From assembly GCA_951406725.2 (NCBI GenBank), contig OX597820.1, forward strand, positions 1,178,001 to 1,242,000: a DNA stretch of 64,000 nucleotides. The letters are read 5' to 3'. The position numbers were made by a program, and so were the translations under genes. A model generated the notes under the pieces. It ran no database searches. It had not been told where the DNA came from and was given only the letters and a program-made list of their open reading frames with translations. The stretch is from Octopus vulgaris. Its lineage: Eukaryota. Below, piece after piece: positions 1-14,870 of this stretch (the stretch's first letter is position 1; every line of letters begins with the position of its first letter).

Positions 1-208
1 TGTGTGTGTGTGTGATTGAGTGATTGATTATGAAAATACTTTGAAAATTATTTACGGCAAAAAAAAAAATAGGTAAATAAAAATAAATTTATCTGGGAAA
101 AGATCCATATTAATTATACATGTGATTATTATTATTATTATTGAATTTCCCTTTTGTCCTATCCCCAACATTTTCAGCCCTTTTAGCAAATAGAAGATAT
201 TGTTATTA

Positions 209-260
<52 letters not shown>

Positions 261-712
261 GGATGATTATGGAGACATTCCTTCTAAGATGTCAACAGTT
301 TTCCCCCAGTCACAGAGAAACTGTTGATATGTATCAGCAGCTCACCAATCTCACAAACAGCTGTGGAGAAAAACAGTCACTTAGAATGGTAAATTGGTAA
401 AAATGGAGAGATTTAAAATATGTTTTGAGTATTTTTTCAATAAAAGTCAGTATTCTGGAAATTCTTCTTTTACTTTATGAAGTAGAAGGAATCACAAAAA
501 TTGATCTGCTGGGACAAAATGCAGAATGAACAGTGAAACACTTTAATGATGATAATAATAATAATGGTTTCAAATTTTAGCACAAGGCCAGTAACTTAAG
601 GAGAGGTGGCTATGTCAAACACATCAGTCCCACTGTTCGAATGGCACTTATTTTATTGACCCCTAAAGTCGATCTCAGTGGAATTTGAACTCAGAACATC
701 AAGCTTGCTACC

Positions 713-748
<36 letters not shown>

Positions 749-1472
749 ATTATATTAATGAATAATTGTTTGTGGTATTGAATTTTTTCTGTTGGTTTTT
801 TTATAGATTAATTAATTAATTAATTTTTTTTTTAATTAATTTTTTTTTTAATGTCATAGAATTTAATGTAGGCAATATGCCGTCACACTGGTTCCAGTAA
901 TTTAGCCAACAATCTGCTACAAAAATCAAACAATAAAAAAAAATATAAAAAGAACTATCTATCATATTACTTGCTATATAGAAAGATTTCACTAAACTGG
1001 GAAAAAGTGGTGGGGAAAAAACATTGGATTAAAAAAATATTTTAAAATAAAAAAATAAATTATATTAAAAAATAATTAAAATTAAAAATGTAATTTCACG
1101 GCATCATTCAAAGGTTATATCATTGAGTCTGTGAGAATTGTTTAGATAACTTCAGCCAAATGTCACATCAGCCATTCCTTCATTTGAAAACCCAGCATGC
1201 AGAGCACAGAATAATACTTTCACACATAGATCTACTGTGCAGCTTCTTAATCGCTTTTAGCTTAGTTTTGGTCCAAACACATTTTGTTTTGTTTTTATTA
1301 TTAGTTTTTTTTTTTACTTTGAACTTTAAAAGTGGAAGAAAGAATCTAAGAATTTATTCAAAAGAGTCATTTATCCAAAAATAGAATTTATTCCAAAAAA
1401 GAGTCATTTATCTAAAATAGGATTTTTATTTTAAAAAAATAATGTCAACATATATCTCAAACAAAATGAATA

Positions 1473-1503
<31 letters not shown>

Positions 1504-1580
1504 ATATATATATACATACACACACATATATATATATATATGCACATATACATATACATACATATGTGTGTGTGTGTGTG

Positions 1581-1617
<37 letters not shown>

Positions 1618-2712
1618 AAAGAGAAAAATAAAGAGCCAAAGGATTTAGCTTGAGGTATTTTGTTTTGTATTTTGTTTAAATATAAGATTTTTTGATATAT
1701 CAGAAATTAGAAGTTAAGAAATCAAGATCAGAATTTTTTTTCCTGCCATTGTTGAAGGAGTGTATGTCATTTCATTTGTTTCCCTTACTTTATGAATTAT
1801 GAAAAATAAGTTTTTTTTAAATACTTCTATATTTACAAATATAATATTTATAATACTAAAAAATATATTTTACACTTCTTTTTTTTTTTTCTCGCTCTAA
1901 ATTTTTAAATGTCAAGTTATTTGATTCCACCATTTCAAAGATTCCATAAAAGAAAACCATTATTGAATTTCAGATTAACAGAAATGTGGAAGGGAATGGA
2001 GACTAAGAAGATGAGGATAAATAAATAGATCGTTATTACATAATTAAGAAACTAGAAAACAATCAGTATGAGATCAGTGATGGAGTTGAAAAACCTCACA
2101 GATGAGATAAAACAGGATGGAGCGGAGTTGTTGTTTGCACCGTTTGTAGCATTATGGAAATGATGATGAGGATGAAGAGGAGGATGGTATAGAGATGATA
2201 GAGTGGAGATGAAGAAGAGTGAAAAGATGTCAAGTACAATAGGCTATCTAGTAAAAGAGTGAAAAAGATGCTTGGCATATCAAAACGGATCCCAGAGCAT
2301 TTGAAAGTTTATGCTCCAGGGTGGAGCTTGCTTTCATGATACGAGTTTCTATTGTTTATACAAAGCAATGGTCAGGACATCATTTTATTCTCTCTTAGTT
2401 AATCCCAAATGCTAGTTAATCCCCAAATGCACTTAATCTTTCTCGTTGCTTTTAGTCTCAACCTTTCAAGGATCCTTACCATTTAGACTGCAGACTCCCC
2501 ATTTTTTTCCAGCACACTTTTCAGCAAATAAAGATATGAAAATGCTTCAAATGCATTTATGCTTTTATTCTTTTATACATTTCAGTCCTAAGGTTGTGGC
2601 CATGCTGGAGCACTGCCAGGGAAAATTATCTGTCAGATTTCTAGATATTTAGAATATGGCAAATTTATAAGTAATTTTTTAATCAACTAATGGAGTTATC
2701 AAGACTTTACCA

Positions 2713-2906
2713 TGTTTCAGTCATTAAACTGTGGCCATGCTGTGGCACTGCCTCAAAGGTTTAGTTGAACAAATCAATCTCCAGTACTTATTTTTTAAGC
2801 TTGGTACTAATTCTATCAGTCTTTTTTTGCCATCTGCTAAGTTATAGGCACACAAACCAAAACCAATATTCAAGCAGTGGAGGAGACAAACACAAAGATA
2901 CACACA

Positions 2907-2960
<54 letters not shown>

Positions 2961-3072
2961 AGGGACTGCCACACAGTTTCCATCTGCCAAATTCACTCAA
3001 GGCATTGGTCAATCCAGGGCTACAGTAGAAGACATTTGTCAAAGTTCAGTGGGGTAGAATCTGAAACCAGCA
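2713..3072 (-). mobile_element. Major octopus-type tRNA SINE (other copies near 28284-28720, 39735-39905, 49150-49292, 58885-59070)
   Basis: gtttcagtcatt..ctgtggccatgctg 3' end, internal (CA)n, aattcactcaaggcattggtc head region. Confidence 0.8.
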
Positions 3073-3919
3073 TCTGGACCAGATTGCTGGTCCATGGCTT
3101 CTTCCTCCTTTCTCCCAGTTTTAGAAGATTGTTTCTGTAACTAACACACACACACATACAAAACCACACACACACATACAGCTCTATAGATCTTCAACAC
3201 CATGTGGTTCAATCGTTCATCTAAGTGCCCACAGTTGATTATTTCTATTAGTCAACATCTTATAAAGTTTGACTAAATGATATTTCATGTAGTCTCTGAC
3301 AATAAGTCATTCCCAAAAAGGCTGTATTATTATCAATCTTGATATCAGTTGCCCTTGACGATGAGCCAGAGCAGACATGGGTCTACATTTAGCCTACACT
3401 TTAATTTAAAATTTCATTCACTTTTATCTGCTCCTTTCAGTAGTTCTCTCCTAGTAATGACCCTGTTCTGGCCACAGCTTACAAAGCAGTTAGAAAAGTA
3501 TTTCCATTGATGCATTCAATTCAGTTACTGATAAAGATGACAAGAAACTGTACAATCAGTTCTTCCTCATCGATATTCATATCTTTACTTTTGCAAAAGG
3601 GAAGATAATGACATCAATGAGGAGATCGTACACATCATTGCATCTCACCTTATTATGCATTCATGAATTAACCATTTCTTTATCTTCACTAATCTAACAT
3701 CACACTTTGGCTTTTACTAACAGAACAAGACATATTTCTAGTCTTCATTTATTTTTAACGAATTAATCTTCTAGTATTTTAACATATTTTTAAATATGAT
3801 AACTTCCATACAAATAAGACCAGTATAACACATGGTCGACTGAGATTGCTTAATATCCCAGAATCATAAAATAATTCTTATTTATGAATTAAGCAAAAGC
3901 TCATAAAAATAAAAGAAGA

Positions 3920-3958
<39 letters not shown>

Positions 3959-5283
3959 ATATGTCTTCAATTACTGGATAGGAGCACACATTCTCTTAAA
4001 GAAAGATGGGAGGAAAGATAGGCTAAACTGGAATATGTCTGGTGAGAAGAAAATGGAGAAAATATGGAGTGGAACCTCAAGTTAAAAGTTGATGTGTGTA
4101 AGATAAAATAGATTGAAAATAGCAATATTATGTGAGTTAAAAAGATTCTTTCTCTTTTCCTCTTCAAACAACAGGATTATGAGTGGGTGGGGCATTAATA
4201 CTTCATATAAGGAAGGCAAAACGAATATCTGGGTTCCTATCAGAACCAAAACTACTAGATAGTATCTATGAATTTGTAGAAATTTGCTCTCACACAAAGA
4301 AACGAGGAAAACAGTTGATATATGTGAGATGCCAGTTATTTCTCAGAAGATAAATATCAAAGCAATTACGTGTCATGGCAAGCTTGTGTGAAACAAGCTA
4401 GTGAGGCAGAGAGTTATAGAAGAATAAATATTGGAAGGTGATTTCTTGGAAAAGAACTTCAAAACAGACGGTATGAATTTACATAATTGAAATCAGTGCT
4501 TTGCAATGTATAGAGAAAGTAGTCAAAGCGTAATAGTATAAAATGAAGAGACTTCTCAAAGAGTAAATGGAAAGTTTACAAGAATGTCTAAAGACTCTGA
4601 GCTATTATTAGAAAGTAGTTCTTTATTACTGTAGCAATACAAAGAGTGTGAATAGCTTAAATACAAGACATTTGCAGGTGAATAACAGAAAGGAATGATA
4701 TTGTGGAGAGACGGATTATAGATGCCGTACAGCCATCAATAATCTTTGAGGAATTTCCTAAACAGTGAGATTTAAATGAATTCTATGGTTTATGAACAAA
4801 AATATTATAATGTAAGCACTGGCCAAATAACAAATAAATACTTAACTATGTTGGTCAGTTTGTAATATTTAATTTAACTAATTAATTAGTATGGCTTAGT
4901 TAATTCAATATTGTAGTTTTGAAGTTAAGATCTAAATTACAAAATCCTTTAAAATTTCCCTGAAACCTGTTGGTGGGACTAATAAACACACATTCTGTAT
5001 TGAGTCAATATAGAATGGTCAGCTTCTGGTTTTACTCCCAACTACACAAAATGTGAGCAGATGGAGAAATTAAGTAATTTGATAATCAGCTTTACTGATG
5101 TCTATTTTATTTATTAATGATTCGATGCAGATCAAAGAATTTCTCATTAGCAATATTTTAATTACCACATCTGATGGGATAAAAGACACATGAGCATATT
5201 AGATGCATCCCAATTCCAGTAACACACAAGCAGGAAACAAACTTTTTAGAGGGTTAACGTATGTACCATAGGCCTGACTTTAA

Positions 5284-5733
5284 GGCGGTGAGGAGCTGGC
5301 AGAACCGTTAGCATGCCGGGCAAAATGCTTAGTGGTATTTCATCTGTCCTATGTTCTGAGTTCAAATTCTGCCAAGGTTGACTTTGCCTTTCATCCTTTC
5401 GGAGTCAATAAATTATGTACCAGTTGCATACTGAGATCAATCTAATTGACTGGTCTCCTCTGCCAAACTTTTGGGCCTTGCATCTAGTGTAGAAAAGAAT
5501 ATTATTCTAAAAGTAAGGCAGTGAGCTGGCAGAACCATTAGGACGCCGGGTGAAGTGCTTAGCGGTATTTCGTCTGTCTTTATGTTCCGGGTTCAAATTC
5601 TGCCGAGGTTGACTTTGCCTTTTATCCTTTCGGGGTCGATAAATTAAGTACTAGTTGCGTACTTGGGTTGATCTAATCGACTAAACCCCTCCCCCAAAAT
5701 TTCAGGCCTTGTGCCTGGAGTAGAAAAGAATAT
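5284..5733 (+). mobile_element. Two tandem tRNA-derived SINEs with a Nin-like central domain
   Basis: Units about 5284-5502 and 5516-5733: AGCTGGCAGAA..GTTCAAATTC..GGTTGACTTTGCCTTTCATCCTTTCGG(G)GTCGATAAATTAAGTAC..GTAGAAAAGAAT. Confidence 0.85.
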
Positions 5734-7674
5734 AAGCTTAATTTTTCATATAGGACCCAGGGTGAATTTTTGAGACTTTTTTTTTTCCTTTTTTGAAGAA
5801 AATGTGTCTTATATGCCATCAAATACGGTAATAAAAATCAATTGATACTTGTTTAGTAAAGTTACTTAACCTCTTCAGACAGAACATCATAATTGATCTG
5901 CTGTGATATTCTATCATATGAGGAATGATTAAGAAAGCTTGGTGAGTTTAGTGAAGATAGTCTCTAGAGTTCTTGCAATCATCAGGCTACCATCAATTAA
6001 AGTTAATAAGATGGGTTTTGGTCTTGCATCTCCAACTCCCTTCAAATCTACCATGTTGCACCCACTTCTTTAATTCTCATCTCCCTACCATATATATACA
6101 TATATATACACACATCCTGATGTACCATTATATACAGTACTTCAATTTTAGTCACTGCTGCTCTGAATGAACTCTCTTCAGTTTCCAACTATTCTCACAA
6201 CACAATAACCTTTGCCTCCCAAAGTTTGGCATTAAATACATCAGTCTCACCTCATCTTCCGATCTGAGAGGGCTACCACAGGGTCTGAGCAGTGCCTTTC
6301 TGCTTCAATCTTAACGACTTAGGAAAATAAAATACAGTTCTAGTCACACTTTGTATATACCATTTCGATGCAATGTTAAGAAGACATTTCTGAAAAGGCA
6401 CACCAAGAAAACCAGATAACAGCAAAAAAAAAAAGAAAAAGAAAAAAAAGAAAAGGCAACAAAAACGGTAAAAGAGTATGAAAAAGGAATAAAGGAAAAG
6501 AGAATAAAGACAATTAGAGACAAAATTTGAACTACACTAAATTAGTTGTTTGAAATCAGAGAGAGAAAGAGAGAGAAAGAGAGAGGGAGAGATGTTAAGA
6601 GAAACCTAAAGCTGAACAATTCTTCTTCTATTACAAAGTTAGCTCTAAATCAACAAATAAGTAAATGCAACGTTCTCTAAGTCATTCTATCATTCGATAA
6701 ATGCAATTGAAGCCACTAAACTCATTGCCACACGCACAGACAGACACCTGACACGCATCGACTCACAATCGTTGGATAAATAAAAGAAAAAAACATGCAG
6801 TTCTATCTACTAAGACACACTGGAAGATCATTACTCACAATTCAAAATGTTTTTAAAAAAAGGTCAAAGCAGAAAGGAGAGAATTGCTTCACCAAGTTAA
6901 TAAATATTATGAAATGCTATTTTTTTGTTTTAATACAAAATAAAGTATTATTAGCTTGAAGTGCAATTGAGATGGCCGAGACAGCAGTGGGTTGAAGGCT
7001 TTACTACATCTAATTTAGCAACTTTACTACTCAGAGTTTGCAACTGGCAAGATTACTTTTCATTCCATTTTAGCCAATATACTGAGAGATGACCAATGGG
7101 AACTCCATCAGAGCTGAGACTACTCTTGGTTGAGTTATATCACCATTCCATTTTCCTTTCCCTAAACTTAATTAGGGATAGTTATCTGTCAACGAATACC
7201 TCTGATTATAAAATATTCAAGGAATTCACCATCAACTTTCCTCCAGCCACCTCAACACATTCTCTAAAAGAAGGACTTGGGTTCAACCAAAATATTTCAA
7301 AGTCCACACTTTGGCACAAATATATTTCTTCTTATACTTTATTTCCAAAACTGGGAAATTCACCAACTTTATACACTTCCAGCAGGAGTGGTTCTGTCCT
7401 TTTTACAGCCAGTTATTTTTGGCTTAATGCTGCTTACTTGACCAGGAAACAATGTAACTGATTAGAAACACAAAATGGATTAACGCAGTTCTTCCTTGCA
7501 AAAATGTCTCCCCAGTGAGTTAGTAACAGAATCAGAGTTGTTACTTTTGAGGTTCGAATTATCCAGCATTATCGTTATTTCATGAAAAATACTAAGTGGT
7601 GGATTGGAATAATACTGAGATGACTTGGCATCGGGATTGCCAACCATATTTTTTATTTAGAGTCTAACTAAAGG

Positions 7675-7707
<33 letters not shown>

Positions 7708-8474
7708 TTAACATCCATTTTCCATGCTGGCATGGGTTGGATGGCTTGGCAGGAACCTGCGGCCCAGGGGCCACACCTGGTTCCATTGTCTGTTTTGGTT
7801 TGGTTTCTACGGCTGGATACCCTTCCTAATACCCTGGATACCCTTCCTAATACCAACTACATTACAGAGTGTACTTTGTGCTTCTTACATGGTGCCAGCA
7901 TGGTTGCTTTTTATGTGAAAATGTCAGATTCAAATAATAAACTTTGATGGACGCAGGTAGAACTCCCCGTCATTTGGCTTGTAGGTAAATGTTGAAGCTT
8001 CAATGAAGATGCCTGCTCAATGTTGGCGTCACTTTTGTGAACTGATATTAGGAATAAGTTTTAACAAGTCTCTCTTCACTGACAATAATCCCTAAGAAAG
8101 ACAGGAAGACTACAACTTATTGTTCACCCTTCATTTTAAAACAATCATTAAAATTTTTGCAGGCGTAAGAAACCAATAATTGCTTGTTTTCTTGTAAATT
8201 GTTTATTAATATCAGTGTGAAAATGCAAAAGAAAAAAAAAATACAAAGAAATTGACTATAAAAGTAAATCTACAAAAAATATATTCATGTGACAACAAAT
8301 ATCTTGATAAATAATTAAATAACAAGGCAAACAACAAGAGAATATTCCAGAACAAATAAGAAAAATGATTGAACAAGAAGGAATTTAAATTAACAACGGT
8401 TACAACTATTACCATTTAAGATTTAGAATTTAAATGGGATTAGAGATGAAAGACTATAAATATATATAGTGAGG

Positions 8475-8511
<37 letters not shown>

Positions 8512-9124
8512 AAAGATGGAAAGGAAGAGGGTACAAGGTAGAAACCTAAGAAAGGAAGAAGAAGAATGAAGAAGAAGAGAAGAAGAAGTGAATAATTCAA
8601 AGAAGTTTCTATGTTCTTTGACTCAGATGAATGCAAATACAGCAGAACCATGACCAAAACATTCCAACCACGATCATCCTGTCTGTTCAGGTATTTCTAC
8701 AACTAAATTATCTAATATCTTCTTTTTTTATTATTTTAAGATGTTAGGGTGTGATTTGAGGGCAATTTGGATGCTCTTTCCAGTTGGTTGAGGGATGATG
8801 TCGAGGCTCCCTTCTCTTTTCGTTAATATGTATTATTTTCTGGTGGCTGTGTTACAGACATGTTTATGAAGGAGACCCAAAATTCCCTAACCCTAACCCC
8901 TGCACTAAACTGTAGGATATCAAACTCCACCAACTGAGTATAAAACACGCACAGGTCCTTCTCAATGACCACCCACTTTTATCAACATTGTGACTACCAC
9001 CACAGAATTGGAGAATATCAAGAAACATGACAACCACAGAGATAGGTCGAAGGTCATTAGTTTCCTTGATGACTGTAAAGGACAAAAACAAATATTTCAA
9101 TAACAATAACACAGCTAGCATTTC

Positions 9125-9167
<43 letters not shown>

Positions 9168-9280
9168 TTGATTTTGCTTTTTCCAGTTTCAGCTCATGAG
9201 CTGTGGCCATGCTGGGGCACCGCCATTTTAAAATATTATTATTATTATAATTATTATTATTGCTATTATTATTTTGGTTG

Positions 9281-9480
9281 GCTCAGGTTCGGTCTTATTC
9301 CCGGTAGGATTTATGTGGGTAGCGGGGTACTACCAGTAACCTTAAGTATCCACAAATTTTCAGCAGTCTTTCAAGTGCTTAGAACCCGCCTTATAATCCT
9401 TGCCGTCCTTAACAGACAAACTTTCTGTTGGAGCCCTACCATGCACTCTATTTCAGTCTCTTTTAGCCATTTGTCTATAT
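9281..9480 (-). mobile_element. R4/Dong-like non-LTR retrotransposon, extreme 3' end, in (TAA)n
   Basis: DKWLKETEIECMVGLQQKVCLLRTARIIRRVLST* matches the LQK..LLGTARI.R.VL C-terminus; (TTA)n on both flanks. Confidence 0.65.
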
Positions 9481-9501
9481 TATTGTTATATTTAATATTC
9501 C

Positions 9502-9546
<45 letters not shown>

Positions 9547-9551
9547 TTTTA

Positions 9552-9750
9552 AGGCGGTGAACTGGCAGAATCGTTAGCATACTGAACAAAACGCTCAGCA
9601 GTATTGCTTCTGGCTCTGTGTTCTGAGTTCAAATTCCTTTGAGGTCGACTTTGCTTTTCATCCTTTCAGTTGAGCTCAAGGGTCCATGTAACTGAATGTC
9701 CCCTGTCCTCAAAATTATTGTGTCTGTATTAGAAAGGATTATCATTATTA
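9552..9750 (+). mobile_element. Nin-like tRNA SINE
   Basis: Same head and central domain as 5284-5733. Confidence 0.75.
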
Positions 9751-9946
9751 TAACCCTTAATATTATTCCTCCTGGGGTGGTGTGTCACATATTGCTACAG
9801 CTTCATACATTGGAGGAAAACTGGTAGCTTACTCTTTTAGGGGTTTCTTTCTATTTCTTCCCCCATTTAGGCTAAACTTTAAAAAAAAAAACCATTTTTC
9901 TTTTTTTTGATGACAGAAAATATTTAAAAAAATATAAACATCCAAC

Positions 9947-11200
9947 ATGGCTCAGTTTTCAGTTATCAACCAACAAGAGAAAGGAAGTTTGAAAGGTGCT
10001 GTAAGCAGGGGGGATGAAGCTACTACTGAAAGCCTCTCCTTTATTTTCAAGCATTTTTCCCAAGAAAAACTTTCCTCTCCCCTGTTGAGCAATACTGTCA
10101 CTACCATCACTCTGCTAACCCTGTCATAGATAGTATTGGAGAGAAAAGAGCTGTTAACAACAACATCAACAAGCTGCCAAGCAGTAGTAGCAACAACACA
10201 GGCTGACTGACAATAACAGTACCATAAACTCAATGACCAGTTGGCGGATCAAACACCACCACCAATTTTCCACTGTGGTCAGCAGTTCTTATCACCTTTG
10301 AAGGCAGCACCAACAGTAACAATACTAACAGCAGCTGCAAGGACTAATTCTTTGGCAAATGCAACAGAAGTTGAGAAGAGCAATTAGAAGTGCAAAACAG
10401 GAGCTGAGAAAAGTCAGAAACCTTGTACAGAATGCAAAAAGGAAACCTGCCAAAGCCATACATCTGGAGATGATGGAGAATGCCGAGAAGCGTAGAATGA
10501 CCAACAAGTGCATAAGCACAAAATGTCCATGGATAGGAAGTCTGTACTCGGATGTGCAATTGCTTGAATGCAGTGTGCAATTGAAAAAAATAACATGGCA
10601 TTCATGGAATAGGGGACAGTGGTGATCAGATTCCTTTGTGAAGGCAAACCAATGAGCTACATCAATATTCTGGTTAAGGGTGAGAACTTGATCCTCATTC
10701 TCAGCAAATAGTAAAGGTGAGGGTGGCAGATATGCCACTAGAAATAAAATAGAAACCCAGGAACTAGTGGTAGCCATTTTGAATGACAAGAAGGATGAGG
10801 TAACCATCTTGGTGATATAAATATTATGCCAGAATGAAAAAAAAACCGGTGGATTATAGGAAGAGAACTCCTGATCTAGACAAGTCAGAAAAGGCTGAAA
10901 AATGTCGTTGACCCAATCAAGCTGCCAAACAGCAGTTATTTGTAAGAGTGGAAGGCAGAAGACACAGGTGCCCCACATGTGATTCGACCAACTGCCTAAA
11001 GGCCTTCAGCCAATGGCAGAAGTCGAATGAGAAAAGGCTAACACTGTTACTAACACCACAACCACACCAACAAAAACAACAACATTAACAACAACAACAG
11101 CAACTGCAGAAGTGACAACAACAGAATCCCACCTCCTCCTCCCAACAACAACAGAACTTGCTACCACAATCAAAAGAAGCCTCTCACCAGTACTCTTCCC
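9947..11200 (+). mobile_element. Decayed L1/Tx1-like LINE ORF1 (gag-like) region
   Basis: Relatively GC-rich island with broken frames; 10936-11013 reads LFVRVEGRRHRCPTCDSTNCLKAFS (VEGR..Cx2Cx4[H>C]x4[C>S] knuckle spacing), followed by a Thr-rich stretch. Confidence 0.5.
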
Positions 11201-11239
11201 CCAAGCAAGCACACACACACGCACACATGAACTCACACT

Positions 11240-11276
<37 letters not shown>

Positions 11277-11799
11277 CTTCAAACATCTGATTTTAAAACT
11301 TTTTCATGCGACAAGGTCAAGATGGTGGTCCCAACACAAGGATAGAGAACCGTTTATCAACCAGTCACGTAACCACACAACAACAGCCACCACAAAAACA
11401 AGAACAAACCTACAACCGTACCAGCAACAACAACAAAACCACAAACACCACAATTACAGTAAAACACACAAAAAGAACAGCAACATCAATTGCCAGACAC
11501 AAAAATTACAGGGAACCAGTGAGGTCCATAACACAACATGCAAAAAACAAAAATGCTAATAAAAGGGGAATAAAAGGGCAGATTTTGTTGAAGATGTCGT
11601 TTGACATCTTCAAGATGCTGAGAGAAAAATTCTCATTAGACACATGAATGATACAAAATAGAGGGGGCAAGAACCTTTTGGTGATTTTAAGGAACTCCAC
11701 CTTGCTGCAAAGACCAGATTACCCATTCTTCTCTTCTACCATTAACTGGCATTTTGTCAGTTACAACAACAAGAGTTCCATTTGACTCAATCAATGGAA

Positions 11800-12076
11800 C
11801 ATCCTGCTCCTGAAATTAACATGCAAGTGGCTGAGCATTCCACAGACATGCGTACTCTGAATGTAGTTCTCACAGAGATTCAGTATCACACAGAATGTGA
11901 TAAGGCTGGCCCTTTGAATTACAGGTACCACTCATTACAGGTAACACTCATTTTTGCCTGCTGAGTGCACTGGAGCAATGTGAAATAAAATGTCTTGTTC
12001 AAGGACACAACATGCTGTCAGGTATCAAACTCACAGCCTTATAATCACGAGGCAAATATTTTAACCACCGAGCCAT
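11800..12076 (-). mobile_element. Third tRNA-SINE family (related copy at about 48718-49058, partial near 55290-55420)
   Basis: Minus: TGGCTCGGTGGTTAA..GAGTTTGATACC..GTTGTGTCCTTGAACAAGACA..TTCACATTGCTCCAGT..ACTCAGC. Confidence 0.7.
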
Positions 12077-14334
12077 ACCTCAAGGAAAGTGACCACTCTC
12101 ACTTCATTTTTTTCCAGCTAACCTGACCATTTATATGACCTGGGGTCAGCTAAGAAGCAAAGTCACTTACTCAGTGAACTCAGGTCAGTAGGTATAGATT
12201 TGGTACCCATCAGTGAGATCAGGAGATCACTCATGCTCACCTTTGAAGACAAGGTGTATATATCTTGTCATTAACCTAGAATCTGCAGAAGTGGGGAAAT
12301 GTTGTTTCGAGAGAAAAAAAAAAAACAAATAAATAACTGACTTCAAACTGAGTTCCTTTCATGCCTTGATTTGTATATCATTCTTTTATGAAGATATAAC
12401 AATATATCCAAGATGGTATATATATAAAAAAAAAAAAAAAAACAGACAGTGAACACCCAAAATTAGGAAAACAGAATTAGAGCAGACTACACCAGGCAGA
12501 AGGTGTAACATTATCTATCAGATACAGAAATGAAGAATTATCTTCTGAACCTTTTAGCATTTAAACCGACCTTATCTGGCCAAAATATTCCACCTGTTTT
12601 ATATTCAAACCTGCCAGATCCAGCCTTTCACACCTACCCTACAATGTCATTGTGAAAACAAGCAATCACACCAATGAAACCTTGTGGCTATGAGATAATG
12701 CATGACTAATTCAAACCAATGTGAATAACTAAACATTGCATTTGACGGAATAACCTGAATTCTAAAGGGTTAAATAACTTTATATGTTTACTTATGTTTC
12801 GAATGGCTTGAGGAACAATCTGCATCTTGCAAAGGTTTGTATGCATAATTGATCAAGTAATTAATAGAGCAACCTAAACCTATTCTCATCAGAGCTCCAA
12901 AGCTGTTCTCATACTGTTAGCTGGGTTTATCCCATGGAGCGCTAACTGAGGTATTCACCTACATTTCTTGCAGTACAATGTCTTCCTGTATGATATACTG
13001 CAACGCAATCATCTTAATTCTGTCTTCTCTCACCTGTCAGAGCTCATCATTCAAATGATTTCTGACCTCCCACACCTACTTTCCACAATCAATTCAAGTC
13101 ACGTTTTCACACATCTTGTATTTGCAACTAAAATCTAAACAATCAGAGACCATATAAAACTGTATCATGCATTTGTATGTATCTGTCTGACACAGTGTGC
13201 GAGTGTGTTATATTTATATATATATGTCTAAATCATAAATTATATATACATAATGTAAAATCTATTGTGTTGACTGTTGAAAGTTTATTGTTGTAAATGT
13301 CATTGGTAAACTTTTGGCTGGTAAATGCATTTATCTGTTAAATGGTGTAAGGTTGTCATGACCACTCCCTCATCAACTTTGACACCTACAATTATTACTA
13401 CAGTTTTTGTTACTTTACTAATTAAATGAAATTGATTGACTGCACTTCAAATTATCTCCTGTCCCAATTCGACAACTCCCACTTTCAATATATTTATCAG
13501 CAGACATATTTCTTCACAGTTTGATTTTTGCTGATAAAAGGTTCAATAATGAATAATGCCTGATGAAATGGTGATATTATGTAATAATGCAAAGTTGTGC
13601 AACACCATGTAATATTAATGATTATTGTATAACTAGCCACACTATGGAAACATATGTAGCTATAATCAGAACTGTCCATTTTGATGCCTTCACTATACAT
13701 TCCCAAATGTTAGTTGGCATCAATGAATGCCAGAATTATTTCCATTTTTGCTGAGCAGAGTTTCAAGACTTATCAGATTACAGATTTCACTCATTGTTGA
13801 ATGGCAGGTAATATTAAAACCATCTAATTACATCTGTAAAGAGTCTTTGAGACTTTGTAATTTTTCTGTTTTGGTTATATTTCAGTTAATTGAAGCTGTT
13901 GACATCTTTGTATTCAAAACAATACGTGATATATGAGCATTGTGCTAGTTGCTTCCAGTAATCTGTTTAAACATCATATAAAATATTATCTAATATTTAA
14001 GGAATTACTACTGGAATACATTGATCGTCAGTTTTTCTAAGAAAGTAATTTGGAGTTCATTTATTGATTTCTCACTTTCTTTATGATAATGGTATTTTTA
14101 GCTCAATTTATGAAAGCAGTCAGAAAAAAATTCAAGAAAAGCAAAATTTATAAATTTGCAGTTGTGTCAGATCAGATCAAACTGTAACTTGTAAAAATAT
14201 TTCTGTAGCACTTGCTAAAGAATTTGGTCTGAAAATTCCAATCATTGAAACTTAATGGATGGGTTCACAGTGGCACAATATTGACTTTTTTTATAGATTT
14301 TTTACTAAACCTTTTCATTTTCCTGAAACTATAA

Positions 14335-14702
14335 TGTCGAGTGACCTTGTTTTGGATATATGCTCTCACATTGATATTCCTAGCATAACTCTTTCCATGA
14401 ACCTTTTGTGTCATGGCCAATCAGGTTACTGTAAAAATGCTTAATTGGGCCAGACATGTCGCAAGGTTCACAGACAACAGGTGGACCCATGCAGTTGCTG
14501 ACTGGTATCCAAGAGATAAAAAAAAAAGGCCTCCACAATGATAGAAAAAACAATTTAGTTAAACAATTTGTTTAACTGTAATCAAATTGTAATCTGATAG
14601 TCTTGGGCCAAATGGAAGAAAAGGGTACAACGAAATAAGACCTGGAAGTGCATTGTGACTAGCAGTGTATAACATCCAATAGGTAGGTCACAACAGGTGA
14701 TA
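14335..14702 (+). mobile_element. Older RTE-clade LINE 3' fragment with inverted 5' piece
   Basis: Plus NWARHVARFTDNRWTHAVADWYPRD ending AGGTGA-(TA)n; about 14335-14425 reads FMERVMLGISM*EHI on minus. Confidence 0.7.
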
Positions 14703-14710
14703 TATATATA

Positions 14711-14823
14711 TTCTTTGTAAGCCTAGTACTTATTTTATCAGTCTTTTCTGATGAACCACTAAGTTACACACCAACATCAGTTATCACATGGTGGTGGGGT
14801 GACAAACACAAACACACAAACCT

Positions 14824-14870
<47 letters not shown>

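Noticed and set aside
3070-3134. Candidate exon KQSSKTGRKEEEAMDQQS
   Set aside because: Acceptor is plausible and EEEAM is TnI-like, but there is no good donor and the sequence runs into a SINE head; left uncalled
3960-4780. Possible ancient CR1/jockey-like LINE remnant (also about 2000-2340 and 6000-6350)
   Set aside because: Only faint strand bias and fragmentary motifs; too degraded to call
10325-10978. 217-aa hydrophobic minus-strand ORF resembling a multi-pass membrane protein
   Set aside because: Better explained as the antisense shadow of an A-rich decayed LINE ORF1 (zinc-knuckle-like motif on plus); no recognisable family motif
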